A DNA stretch of 64,000 bases from Chloropicon primus (Eukaryota): assembly GCA_023205875.1 (NCBI GenBank), contig CP060754.1, positions 496,001-560,000 of the forward strand, given 5' to 3'. A model generated the notes under the pieces. It did no database searches. It saw only the letters and a list, made by a program, of their open reading frames with translations, and was not told where the DNA came from. Position 1 is the stretch's first letter, and each line of letters starts with the position of its first letter. Below, in pieces: positions 9,742 through 20,052 of the stretch. The translations under genes and the position numbers were made by a program.

Positions 9742-11424
9742 ATGGCGTCGTCCTGCAGCAGGGCGACGATGGGTTCGAGAGAACTGACGAGACTCTTGGC
9801 GAACATGAACGCGCCGAGGCAGTACCTGAAGCGGGGAGGTTGGAGGAAGCTGGAGTGCGGGAGCGGTGGCGCACGGGTTAGCCGAGATTCGTTCAGGCGG
9901 GCCACGCCTGAATCTCTGGGCTACCTTGGTGCGTCCCCAGGAGGCCGCGCGAGTGCGGGGGGAGCGGTGGGGTGGTGCCCGACCAGAGGATGGCAAGATC
10001 GGGGTCCTCTCCGCTTGTCTTGCGCTGCGAAGTCCAGCTCGGCGTCCCTGGGTCGTCCGGAAATATCTGTGGACGTTTTGGTTCGAGAGGAGGCCATCAG
10101 TCAGGTCGATGGCGTCGAGGAGGCGGGCCACTCCCTGGAGCTGGACTGCAAGGCTGCCCTCGCGAGCGCTCTGGAGAAACGGGACCTTGGCGTCGAGTGC
10201 GAAGCGGTGGAGGTGTCGATCATGATAACAGATGACGACGAGATACAAAACCTGAACTCGACCTGGAGGGGGATCAACAGGCCGACCGACGTTTTGTCGT
10301 TCCCGAACGGCGAGAACCCGCCCGGTTACCACGCCATGGTCTTGGGGGACATCATCATCTCGGCCCGGACTGCAGAGAAGCAGGCGAAAGAGCGAGGTCA
10401 CGACGTGCAGACGGAACTCAGGATCCTCCTGGTCCACGGCCTGTTGCACTTGCTGGACTACGACCACGAGCTGTCCGAGGGGGATGAGGTGCTGATGAAG
10501 AACGAGGAGGAGCGCATTCTTGTGGGACTTGGCTGGACGGCGGAGGGCGGCCTGATCGCCAAGAGCATCGAAGGCGCACAAGAGTCGGAAGGGGAAACAA
10601 AGAAGGTGAAGCTGGTCGCGCTTGACATGGATGGAACACTGCTCAACAGCGACGTGCTTGTTCCGGACAGGAACCGCGAGGCCTTGGAGGAGTGCGAGAA
10701 GAGGGGAATCAAGGTGGTCTTGGCGACAGGGAAAGCCAGGACGTCTGCCCTCCTCGCCTGCGAGAAGTCAAGTTTGGGTGACATGTTCTCATCGGCTTCT
10801 CCTGGAATCTTTATCCAAGGTCTGCTGGTGCACGGCCCCGATGGCAAGGTACTCTCGCAGACGTACTTGCCCAAAGACGTCGTCCGGAAAGCCTTCCTGT
10901 ACGCGGAAGAGGCAAATGTCGCGTGCTGTGGCTTTTTGGGCGAGCGGAACGTGACCTTGAGGAGCCATCCGCTGTTGGATGAACTGCACGAGAGGTACTA
11001 CGAACCAGAATCCTATGTGGCGGCCAACATCGAAGAGATCCTTGAGCAGGACGTGTACAAGGTGCTGCTTTATGGCGACGACGAGGCGGTGATAAACAAC
11101 GAGGTCATGCCTTACTGGGACGAGAACATTGTCGAGGGGGCAAGAATGACGCGAGCCATCCCAGAAATGCTCGAGCTGGTTCCAACGGGCACAAGCAAGG
11201 CGACAGGGTTGGAGACATTGCTGAGCGAGTATGGGATCGCTCCACAAGAAGTTCTGGCCGTCGGGGACGGAGACAATGACTTGGAGATGCTGGGCATGGC
11301 TGGGATTGGGGTTGCGGTGAACAATGCCACGCCGCGTCTGAAGGAGAAAGCGGATCACATCGTGAGCTCGAATGACGAGGGCGGCGTCGCAGAGGCGATA
11401 TGGAAGTTTGCCCTTGGTGACTGA
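9742..11424 (+). CDS. YBEY: Plastid endoribonuclease YbeY fused to a Cof-type HAD hydrolase
   Basis: Transit-peptide-like N-terminus; PTDVLSFP, LGDIIIS, HGLLHLLDYDH (YbeY metal motif); DMDGTLLN and GDGDNDLEML (HAD). Same architecture as land-plant plastid YbeY. Confidence 0.92.
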   Translation: MASSCSRATMGSRELTRLLANMNAPRQYLKRGGWRKLECGSGGARVSRDSFRRATPESLGYLGASPGGRASAGGAVGWCPTRGWQDRGPLRLSCAAKSSSASLGRPEISVDVLVREEAISQVDGVEEAGHSLELDCKAALASALEKRDLGVECEAVEVSIMITDDDEIQNLNSTWRGINRPTDVLSFPNGENPPGYHAMVLGDIIISARTAEKQAKERGHDVQTELRILLVHGLLHLLDYDHELSEGDEVLMKNEEERILVGLGWTAEGGLIAKSIEGAQESEGETKKVKLVALDMDGTLLNSDVLVPDRNREALEECEKRGIKVVLATGKARTSALLACEKSSLGDMFSSASPGIFIQGLLVHGPDGKVLSQTYLPKDVVRKAFLYAEEANVACCGFLGERNVTLRSHPLLDELHERYYEPESYVAANIEEILEQDVYKVLLYGDDEAVINNEVMPYWDENIVEGARMTRAIPEMLELVPTGTSKATGLETLLSEYGIAPQEVLAVGDGDNDLEMLGMAGIGVAVNNATPRLKEKADHIVSSNDEGGVAEAIWKFALGD

Positions 11425-11433
11425 AAGCTTTTG

Positions 11434-11443
11434 TTACATGTAA
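11434..11443. terminator. Palindromic bidirectional poly(A) signal TTACATGTAA in a 28-bp convergent gap
   Basis: TGTAA on - at 11434-11438 and on + at 11439-11443, between the YbeY and EFR3-like stop codons. Confidence 0.7.
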
Positions 11444-11452
11444 TTTTATGGA

Positions 11453-12955
11453 TCAAATTGTGCCACTGCCCAAAGCAAGAAGCATTTCTTCGAGCATGAT
11501 TTGGCTCTCATAAGGGCAGATGTTCGGGTCCTTGTAGTCCGTCGGATCCTTTAACGCGACCCTGCTAACACTAAGTGAACACTCCTTGTAACCCAGAGCG
11601 AGGCCCCTCTCCTCAAGCTCTTTCAGTGTGCTCTTCATGCTCTCATCCCCGACGTCCTCTCCCATGGCCCAGTTTTCCAGCACGCATAAAAACCTGAGCA
11701 TGCGCCTTTCGCCTCTCTCAGATCTCGCAAAACGAGCCTCGAGGTCCTTCAAAGTTGAACCCCGTCCGCCCTGGTCCTCCTCCTCGACTTCCACAGACCG
11801 TAGGTACAGCCACTGCTCAAACGCTTTCGATTCCACGTCCACGTCGAGGAAGCCCAATATTCTGCTGGAAAACAAGAAGGTAACCAGGTTGCATGCCTGG
11901 ACGAGGTCCTTCGCGTACAAGGCTGTGCAGGCTTCCATGAACGTTTCGTAAAGGTATGAGATTGTCCCACCGAAGCTTTCGATTTCCTTCTCTAGCCCCA
12001 AAAGGATCGACTGAAGCAACTCCCCGGAGCAGAATGCCCCCTTTTTAAGGAGCTTGTCCAAGAGCAGTCCAGAAAGCGTCTTTGCCGAGTTCACTTCAGA
12101 GAAGAGGCTCAGCAGAGACTCGGAAAGCATCGGATAGGAACGCGGCAGGGACTGCCTGTTCTCGAAATCTTCCAACGATCTTATCAATTCCTTCCCCGCG
12201 TCGTCTGCCATGATCTTGCTCAAAACCAGGTCACTGCAAAAGTCCAACAAAACGTCCTCCTCGGGGAGGTTCAGCTTGAACTTGTTGGCTAGCTTGAGAA
12301 GGTACCCAAAACACAAGAAGCAGTTGCTGATAACCAAGGCGCTGCAGTCTTTGCTTGCGCTGTCGCCCCCGATCTGACCAAGTATGTGGTAGTCGATCTC
12401 GAGTGCCTTGATCGCCCCACAAAACCCGAGCACCTTCTGGAAGTGGATGACTCCTGAGTTATTCTCGACGAAGAGAGGCTGCCGCAGTATCAGGTTGAGC
12501 AAGCTCACCGCCTGGTAGTGAAACACGTTGCTGTGGCTTACCAGCAGCTGCGCTATTACTTCTAGGAAGTATTCTATGTAATAGTTCATCTGCACGGCCG
12601 AGTTTGTCTCCTCGACCACTTTTTTCATGAGGACCACCGCCACTGAGGTGTACTTCGTATCCTTTTTGTGCAATCCCTTCAGGGCCCGTGCCCTCAGTTT
12701 CCTCCCCAGCTTTGGCAGCTTGTCGTGGTTAAATTTGACGTACTCCACGGTCTTCTTCACCAGGCTCGCGTGCTTCAGCGTGAGCGGCCAGTTCTCGTCC
12801 CTCAACAGGGACTCCACGCTCTCCCTGTCTATCTTACTGAACCCGCTCAGCTGAGAAAAGTCCTCGAATATTGCAGCAGTGTACGTCTTGTACCTCTTCG
12901 TTGGGACGATCGAGCTCGCGGCCCAGCCGCAGCACCCGAAGAAGGGCGTGTTCAT
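11453..12955 (-). CDS. EFR3-like helical-repeat protein (short, divergent)
   Basis: N-terminal GCC (palmitoylation-like), KRYK....AIF and K.VEY...N.DKLPKLG..L match the EFR3 N-terminus; the rest is helical and unrecognised. Confidence 0.6.
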   Translation of the reverse strand: MNTPFFGCCGWAASSIVPTKRYKTYTAAIFEDFSQLSGFSKIDRESVESLLRDENWPLTLKHASLVKKTVEYVKFNHDKLPKLGRKLRARALKGLHKKDTKYTSVAVVLMKKVVEETNSAVQMNYYIEYFLEVIAQLLVSHSNVFHYQAVSLLNLILRQPLFVENNSGVIHFQKVLGFCGAIKALEIDYHILGQIGGDSASKDCSALVISNCFLCFGYLLKLANKFKLNLPEEDVLLDFCSDLVLSKIMADDAGKELIRSLEDFENRQSLPRSYPMLSESLLSLFSEVNSAKTLSGLLLDKLLKKGAFCSGELLQSILLGLEKEIESFGGTISYLYETFMEACTALYAKDLVQACNLVTFLFSSRILGFLDVDVESKAFEQWLYLRSVEVEEEDQGGRGSTLKDLEARFARSERGERRMLRFLCVLENWAMGEDVGDESMKSTLKELEERGLALGYKECSLSVSRVALKDPTDYKDPNICPYESQIMLEEMLLALGSGTI

Positions 12956-13381
12956 GATACGCGGCGACGCGTGACGCGCACCTCACACAGCCGCAACGAT
13001 AACCCTCCTCTAAAATCTCACACCACTTGGGTAATCCTGCGATCGCAGGATGCCTCGAGCCCACCTGCTTCGTTTCGTTCCGTCGCCTTCCGCGACGTCC
13101 TCTTCCGACGCGACCCTCTGTTGAGACCCACGGGCGCGTCCTGGATCCCCCCAACCGCCACCCCGCCCGCGACGGTCACAGGCAGTCCCACCTCCACGAC
13201 GATGGAATGGCCCGTCTGGCTTCTCCTCTCGCTCGCCGAACTCGAACTGCCCCCGCCGATTCATCGAGGATCCAGAGGCTCTTTATTTTAGGTTAAGCGG
13301 AGGGCGGGTGAGTTGGTTGGTCGTGTGTTGTTCCGTCGAGGGGAGTACGTGCGTGCGGCGAGAGGTTAGGATAGAAGAGCA

Positions 13382-14305
13382 ATGGCTACGACGGCTGCGG
13401 TGAGCTTCGACCCAGGTCACAGGGATGTTGTGCACGACGTCCAGTTCGATTATTATGGCAAGAAGGTGGCGACAGCGTCTTCAGACCGCATGGTGAAGAT
13501 CTTCGAGGTGGTGGGGAACGAGCAGAAGCTTGTGGCGGACTTGGCGGGGCACGAGGGCCCCGTGTGGCAGGTGAGCTGGGCGCACCCGAAGTTTGGGAAC
13601 CTTCTGGCGTCTTGCTCCTTCGACCAGAGAGTCATGGTGTGGAAGGAGGTCTCGGACGGGAACTGGCAGGTGCTTTACCAGTCCCCCCCGGGCCTGCACA
13701 CCGCCTCCATCAACTCGGTGACGTTCGCGCCTCACGAGTGCGGACTCTGCCTCGCGGCAGCCTCCTCGGACGGCAGCATTTCCATCCTTTCCTTCAACTC
13801 CCAGACGAATACGTGGTCGACGGAGAAGATTGCGGGTGCTCACAGCCTGGGATGCCTGGCGGTGTCGTGGGCCCCTGCCTTCCACGCGGGAGCCATGGTC
13901 CAGCCCACGAATGCTCCCCTCCAGCCCTCCAAGAGCCTTGTCTCTTGCGGCTGCGACAACACCATAAAAGTGTGGTCTTTCAGCGAAGCTCACGGCAAAT
14001 GGGTGCCACAGGGGGGCGACCTCTCCGGGCACTCAAACTGGGTGAGGGACGTGGCTTGGGCTCCAAACATGGGCATGCCGAGGTCCACCATCGCCAGCGC
14101 CTCCGAGGACGGGAAGGTGATGATCTGGTCCCAAGCCTCAGGGAGCACGAGCTGGGAAGGAAAGCTCCTCAAGGACTTTGGTTGCCCTGTGTGGAGGGTC
14201 AGCTGGTCCGTCTCGGGAGGACTGCTCGCAGTTTCGGATAGCAACAACGAGGTCTCGTTGTGGAAGGAGTCCGTGGACGGATCTTGGGAGCAAATCAGCC
14301 AGTGA
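13382..14305 (+). CDS. SEC13: COPII/nucleoporin WD40 protein SEC13
   Basis: H.DVVHDVQFDYYGK..ATASSD, GHEGPVWQVSWAHPKFG.LLASCSFD, HSNWVRDVAWAP, SLWKES.DG.W. Confidence 0.97.
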   Translation: MATTAAVSFDPGHRDVVHDVQFDYYGKKVATASSDRMVKIFEVVGNEQKLVADLAGHEGPVWQVSWAHPKFGNLLASCSFDQRVMVWKEVSDGNWQVLYQSPPGLHTASINSVTFAPHECGLCLAAASSDGSISILSFNSQTNTWSTEKIAGAHSLGCLAVSWAPAFHAGAMVQPTNAPLQPSKSLVSCGCDNTIKVWSFSEAHGKWVPQGGDLSGHSNWVRDVAWAPNMGMPRSTIASASEDGKVMIWSQASGSTSWEGKLLKDFGCPVWRVSWSVSGGLLAVSDSNNEVSLWKESVDGSWEQISQ

Positions 14306-14920
14306 GCACCACCTGATCCAAGCATTATGATTAAAAAAACACCGGTAACGCCCTCCGCTGCAACACGGCGACTTTGTATTTCAAACCTTTAAAGTATCTT
14401 GCCTTTCGCTTCGTCCCACGGCGTGGTCACGAAGCTTGTTGCTCCTCCTTGGCCTCTTTAGCCTTGCCTGGGTCAAGGGGGAAGAGACTCTTTGCCTGGA
14501 TCGTGATCCTCTCTCTCTCTCTCTCTTCGTCTTCCTCGTTTCTTTTGAGTGAGTGAGGTTATTCGTTTGGTCAAAACCATCCAAGACCGTTTGTTTGGTC
14601 CCGTCCTGGCGATCGTACAGTTCTCAAAGTAAGATGGAAATTGAGATGTCTTTGAATCAGGCGGAGCGGAGAAGGGGAGAGGGGCAGCAGCGACTCAGGG
14701 AGAGTCGAGAGAAGGAAGGAGAGACCGAGTGGAGTTGAGGCCCGGGAGGGGAAGGACGGAAAGACTGACGAGGGGATTGCGTCGGGGCCCGTCGAGGAGG
14801 GAAGGAAGCTTGTGACGGCTGGTGGAACATCTGGCTTGGGAATCAGCGGAGAAGAGGTGCTTGTTTTTTCGTGAACTTGTGTGACTTGAACCTCGGTATA
14901 GAGTGGAAGAGACGACGAAG

Positions 14921-15958
14921 ATGTTGGCGGAAGCGGGTTCACCAGGGTTTGACATGGACAAGGAGGAGCTTTCTCGCTTGAGAGAGAGCAACGACGTGTT
15001 GAGGAAGCAAATTTGGCTCTTCCGGACCGTCATCGAGAAGCAGGGCACTGCTCTGGCCATGATAGAGGAAGAGCAGTTGAAGACTCGAAGGCAGCGGAAA
15101 GCCAAGGAGGTCGCCCCGAAGACCCCCACCAAAGTGACTGTAGAGCAAAAGATGGAAATTGCTACGAGGGAGATAGACCACCTGCAAGTGAGCATCGACA
15201 CCCTGAAGACTGAGGGGGAGCAGTGCATCCAGGAAATCAAGATAGCTTTGGAGGACGCGGACCAGCGCATTGTCGAAGCGAAGAAGGACGTGTACGAGTT
15301 CAAGAGAGACGTCGTGGGCGGTGCAGAGAACCCAAGGACCGGAAAGATCGTCGCAGAAAAGCTCTTGAAGTTCATTGACGACAAGATCAAGTCCAAGGAG
15401 GTAGCCATCATGAAAACGAGGGTGAAAAACATCAGCATGAAAACGCAAATAAAGAAGCTCGAGCAGCAGCTGAACGAGAAGGGTGAGATGGGCGGAGTGT
15501 TGTCTGCCATCGATTTTGACCAGCTCAAGATAGAGAACCAGCAGTACCTCGAGAGAATTGAGGAGAGGAATAACGAACTGTTGCGCCTCAAGCTGACCAC
15601 AGGAAAGACTGTTCAGGCTCTGAACACACTGAAGAGAAAGTTGGACGCGCTCGTGAAGCAGAGCAAGAGGCTCCAGAGCGAGATCGGCGAGCGCAGCAAG
15701 CAGCTGAAGGAGTTCGACTTCGAGATAAGAAGGGTAGAGAAGGAAAAGAACAATGCGCTCTCCCAGTTCAAGGTCCTCATCCAGGAGCAGGAGGATGCGG
15801 AGCTCCCTGAAGTAATGGACTACATCCGAATCAAGGCGGATATCTCGGAGCTAGAGAAGAAGGTTTCGGACTGGAACAGAAAGCTCGAGATCGCTTCGAT
15901 GAAGAGCAAGAGCTCTAAGCGGCTGCACAGCCCAAGCGCAAGCGCGGTCAAGGCGTGA
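14921..15958 (+). CDS. CCDC113: Ciliary coiled-coil protein CCDC113/CFAP263 (DUF4201)
   Basis: IDFDQLKIENQQYLERIEERNNELLRLKLTTGKTVQALN is the DUF4201 motif and is closer to CCDC113 than CCDC96. First ATG at 14921. Confidence 0.8.
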   Translation: MLAEAGSPGFDMDKEELSRLRESNDVLRKQIWLFRTVIEKQGTALAMIEEEQLKTRRQRKAKEVAPKTPTKVTVEQKMEIATREIDHLQVSIDTLKTEGEQCIQEIKIALEDADQRIVEAKKDVYEFKRDVVGGAENPRTGKIVAEKLLKFIDDKIKSKEVAIMKTRVKNISMKTQIKKLEQQLNEKGEMGGVLSAIDFDQLKIENQQYLERIEERNNELLRLKLTTGKTVQALNTLKRKLDALVKQSKRLQSEIGERSKQLKEFDFEIRRVEKEKNNALSQFKVLIQEQEDAELPEVMDYIRIKADISELEKKVSDWNRKLEIASMKSKSSKRLHSPSASAVKA

Positions 15959-16047
15959 AGGAGCAAAGATCCAGGAAACCAGTAAAGTAAATTTGTATTT
16001 CTATGTCCACGGATAACTCTCAACAAATTTTGGGTCCCTCAGGCCGC

Positions 16048-17199
16048 TCACTCTACGGGCTTGAGCTCGACCACGTTCTTCAGAACAGGCCGTGGGGCAT
16101 CGACTTTCTTCAGGACCTTGAAGCTTGCGGCACTCGGGGCCTCGAACCACTTGGAGAACTCCTGAATCTTCTCCAAGGGGACATCTTTCAGAACACCAAC
16201 CTGCTGCACACTTTGCCTGAGCTCCTCCACAGTCTTCGCCTCCGCCAGCTTCTTCAGGATCACGTCCAGAGGCGTGGGAACATTATTATACATTTCTAAG
16301 TGGTTGGTTTGCGTCTCCCAGTCCTTGAACTCGGCCCTTTCCTCGTCATTCTTGATGATCTCCTCTCCCGAACTCCGAAGCCTCTTGGCGCTCCTCTTCT
16401 TCTCCTCCAGCAAGTCTTCCATCCGCTCCACCTTCATCACTTGAGCCAGGAGGTTGGCGTTCCTCTCGTACCGACCCAAGGCATCCACTGCCGCCTCCTC
16501 GTCAGCCTTGTAGCACATCTTCATAGCGTTCCTTCGCCACTCGAGCACCTCCTTTGATTCCTCGTGGTACGCGTCAAGGTTTTCCCTCAGGTCCCTCAGG
16601 CCAGGCATAGCTTTGACGTCCTCCGGCACGATCGGAAACGCGTTGTACTCGGACTGGTACTGTGCAGCGCCACTCCCATAGCCTTTCCTCGCCACCACCT
16701 TGTCCCCCGTCAAAACGTGGACCGTGCAAGGGTTCTTCAGCTGTACGCAGCACTGCTTGCAGCATCTGTAAAAGCAGTTCGACCGAGCCCTCTGGCCGCA
16801 AGACGCGCAGAACCTGTCCTTCCCCGGTGGCTTGTTTCCCTTGTCCGGCTTCTTGTACTTCGTGGGGTCTTTGGTGTACTGCCTGGGTTTCTGCTTGGCG
16901 TGCGGGACGCTTCGAAACTGGAACTCAGCGTTTCCCTTGGGCAGCGTGATACCAAGCTGGTTCTCCAGGTGCTTCATGTCCGAGATGCTCCCAGACTGCA
17001 GGGCGTGGACAATCCCTTTGATCTGCTCCTTGAGTTGCACGGTGTTCCATGCTGGCTTATCCTGCCCGAGCGCGTAGATTATGTCTCGTATCTGCGACCG
17101 AGAAAGTGTTTCCACGTTGTGCACGGTCAGGCTCCTCGGGTCCACGATTCCCTTCCCTTGGAACCCCACCCCAACCGTCGGTAAGTCCTTCGGCTTCAT
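16048..17199 (-). CDS. Protein with an LRP1/SHI-like Cys-rich zinc finger (green-lineage conserved unknown)
   Basis: CASCGQRARSNCFYRCCKQCCVQLKNPCTVHV; ATG at 17199 (MKPKDLP). Confidence 0.7.
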   Translation of the reverse strand: MKPKDLPTVGVGFQGKGIVDPRSLTVHNVETLSRSQIRDIIYALGQDKPAWNTVQLKEQIKGIVHALQSGSISDMKHLENQLGITLPKGNAEFQFRSVPHAKQKPRQYTKDPTKYKKPDKGNKPPGKDRFCASCGQRARSNCFYRCCKQCCVQLKNPCTVHVLTGDKVVARKGYGSGAAQYQSEYNAFPIVPEDVKAMPGLRDLRENLDAYHEESKEVLEWRRNAMKMCYKADEEAAVDALGRYERNANLLAQVMKVERMEDLLEEKKRSAKRLRSSGEEIIKNDEERAEFKDWETQTNHLEMYNNVPTPLDVILKKLAEAKTVEELRQSVQQVGVLKDVPLEKIQEFSKWFEAPSAASFKVLKKVDAPRPVLKNVVELKPVE

Positions 17200-17513
17200 C
17201 CTCTCCCTCCTCCTCTCCTCCTCTCCTCGAGTGAGAGTGAGTGAGCAGTGGCGCGGGAACGAGAAATGAAGTTCGAGGACATACTTCTGTGTCTGTGAGG
17301 GGGGGGACGAGAGAGAGAGGGGAGTCAAGCCCTTGACACGAGTTGGTGCTTGAAGGAATGAGAACGGGAGGGAGGGGAGGGGTGGAGAGGTGTCGCACGC
17401 GAGTGATCGTGATCGTGATGGTGAACGCTGTCGAGGCTTTGCAGTGAGCGCCCGCGCTGTGGAGGGACAGAGGGGGTGTGGGTGTGGGAAGGGAGGCGAG
17501 AAAACTGCACAAC

Positions 17514-18596
17514 ATGGTAGTCCAGCAGCAGGAGAGAGTGTCGGGAGAGCAGGGGGAGCCATCGACCTCACCGAAAGTCAAGGCGGAGGCACGGGCAGAT
17601 GCGATGGGGGGGAATGGCGAGAGCAAGCTGGCCGAGGCGGGGGGTGGGGAGGCGGGCTGTGACGAACGGAGAGAGCTAATCAAAATTCGCTTGACTTGCC
17701 CTTTGTGCAAGGAGCCTTACAAGGAGGCGACCACGATCACAGAGTGCATTCACACCTTCTGCAGGGCGTGCCTGGACTCGAAGCTGCAGATCGGGAAGGA
17801 CAACGAGTGCCCAACTTGTCGGACCCCGTTGGGCGCGGACCCCTACCAGAAGAACCAGATCAGGTTCGACGCGGTGCTAAACGACATAGTGACGAAGCTT
17901 TTCCCGAGAGAGGGCGATTCGGAGCGCGACAAGCAGCGGGAAGTGCGGTCTCTGAAAGAGCGAGCCTTGCTGGCGGAGTTGGCCAAGCCGAAGAAGAGAA
18001 AATACAACAGGAGACCGAAAGTGGAACCTCCACCTCCACCTCCTGCGGTTCAGACGAAGCCTGCGCTTCCGACGGTGCAGCGCCAGCCCCAGGTCGACGT
18101 CGGTCTGAGACCTGCTCTGGTGGCGCCTGCTGGTTTGAACGCTTTGAGCCATGCCTCGCCCAGCGAACCGGCCACCGAAGCTTCGGAACCAAAGGGCGGG
18201 TCGAAGGCGGACGAGGAGGTGATCAAGATCATCATGGTTCGCCACAAGGATAGCAAGTACCCGCAGCTTTCCAAGAGCGTCTTCAAAGTCTACGGGAACG
18301 TCACCGTGAGGACCCTTCTGAAGCACCTGAGCAAGAGAATCTTGAAAACCGTGGCCAGCCTGCCCGATGTTCCGCAGGGTGGGGACTTCAGCAGTGACGC
18401 GTTCGAGCTTCGCTTGACTCAGGATGCCGAGAAGGCTATTCCCAAGGGCGCCACCGTGAAAGAGGTCGACGATCAGGTCAAGGCATTGAACTTGCCGGTG
18501 GACGTGGACACGGCGGCCTGCAAGTTCACACTCGTGTACAAGGAGAGGGTGCCAAGACGATCAACAAGCAAAAGTGAAAGTAAAAGTGTAAACTAG
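17514..18596 (+). CDS. PCGF/BMI1/DRIP-like RING E3 ligase with a probable C-terminal RAWUL domain
   Basis: LTCPLC...EATTITECIHTFCRAC...CPTC...RFDAVLNDIVTKLFP; basic NLS-like KPKKRK; C-terminal PQLSKS...TVRTLLKHLSK. Confidence 0.85.
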   Translation: MVVQQQERVSGEQGEPSTSPKVKAEARADAMGGNGESKLAEAGGGEAGCDERRELIKIRLTCPLCKEPYKEATTITECIHTFCRACLDSKLQIGKDNECPTCRTPLGADPYQKNQIRFDAVLNDIVTKLFPREGDSERDKQREVRSLKERALLAELAKPKKRKYNRRPKVEPPPPPPAVQTKPALPTVQRQPQVDVGLRPALVAPAGLNALSHASPSEPATEASEPKGGSKADEEVIKIIMVRHKDSKYPQLSKSVFKVYGNVTVRTLLKHLSKRILKTVASLPDVPQGGDFSSDAFELRLTQDAEKAIPKGATVKEVDDQVKALNLPVDVDTAACKFTLVYKERVPRRSTSKSESKSVN

Positions 18597-18888
18597 ATCA
18601 TTTTTTTCTCCGTGTTCTCTCAATACCCAGGGGTAGCGTGCGTCGGTCTGCTGTTACCTTCCATGCGGACCCCCCCAAGTGCTCCTCACCCCGACCACTC
18701 CCCGCGGGAGCTCCCCTCGCCGTGCAAAGTCACCTTCCTCCACCGCGATCGCCGATCCTTCCTCATTCGGATTGGCGGGGACAGAGAGAGAGAGAGAAGA
18801 CGCAGGAGAGAGGGCGCGGGAGAGAGAGAGAGACGCGGGAGAGAGGGCGCGGGAGTGAAAGACTTGAACGGGAAAGTTTCTGTGAACC

Positions 18889-19981
18889 ATGTCCGCCAAA
18901 TACGACAGAGCCATCACGGTGTTTTCGCCGGACGGACACTTGTAAGTTTCTCAGATCGACCCGGGTGTTGGGGCGATCTCTGTGGATCCCACCACTTGGG
19001 TGAAGGCCCTCTTAAACTTGCCGCGCTGCCTTTCGCTTCCCTTTCAGAGTTTCTTTTGTACTGACGGAGATCCGAATCCCTTGCTTCGATCCCAGGTTCC
19101 AAGTGGAGTACGCCATGGAGGCCGTGAAGCGAGGCACGACGGCTGTGGGGATTCGTGGCAAAGACAGCGTGGTCGTCGCCGTGGAGCGAAAGGCGACCGC
19201 GAAGCTCCAGGACGCGAACACCGTCAGGAAGCTTGTTCAGGTGAGTTCCCCCCGGCTTTCCCCTTCCGACTGCGAGAGAGACCCGAGCTTCGACTCCGGG
19301 ATCCAGCCACCGGTCACTGAAGCTAAACCCTACTTGCTCACACTTCGCTTCTTTCTCCGGTTGGGCGTGCCGTGCAGCTGGACGAGAACACGAGCCTGGT
19401 ATTCGCGGGCCTCTTGGCAGACGCAAGAACCCTGATTGATCGCGCAAGGTAAGCCGAGATCCGAGTTCGGGAGGACTCCAACGGCGACGACGTTTCCTGA
19501 CACACGCCGCGGTTTTTCTCTTTCTCTGTGGCGTGGCTTCTACTATAGGGTCGAGGCGCAGAGCTACAAACTTACGATGGACGAGGCTCCGTCCGTTGAG
19601 CACATCGCCCGCCACATCGCGAACATACAGCAGAAGTACACCCAGAGCGGAGGCGTGAGGCCTTTCGGTGTATCGACCTTTGTTTTGGGGTTCGAGGGGG
19701 ACAACCCCAGGTTGTTCCAGACGGATCCGTCCGGGACTTTCTCCGAGTGGAAGGCCAACGCCGTGGGCAGGAACTCGAAGACCATTAGGGAGTATTTAGA
19801 GAAGAACTTTGAGGAGACTGAGGGGAGGGAGACCCAAGTTCTGGCGCTCAAGGCGCTGACGGAGATGGTGGAGCCCTCGAGCAAGAACATTGACGTGGCC
19901 GTGATGAGGAAAGGCACGCAGGCCGTCTACCTGCCCAGCGAGGAAGTGGACGCGATCCTAAAGGAGCTCGCGGAGGCCTGA
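18889..19981 (+). CDS. PSMA7: 20S proteasome subunit alpha-4 (alpha type 7), 4 exons
   Basis: Exons 18889-18941, 19096-19240, 19378-19448, 19549-19981 (all GT-AG, frame-consistent). [52 protein letters not shown]. Confidence 0.95.
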
Positions 19982-20052
19982 ACTTAAATGTACCATCCTT
20001 CTGTTTTTTTAACTATAGAACAACGAAACCGAAATCAAACAAATCTCTCGCT

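Noticed and set aside
9742..11424. YbeY-HAD fusion as a novel architecture
   Set aside because: Already known from land-plant plastid YbeY.
19323..19332. CTAAACCCTA telomerase-template-like word in PSMA7 intron 2
   Set aside because: Single short match at a branch-point-like position, with no other telomerase RNA features.
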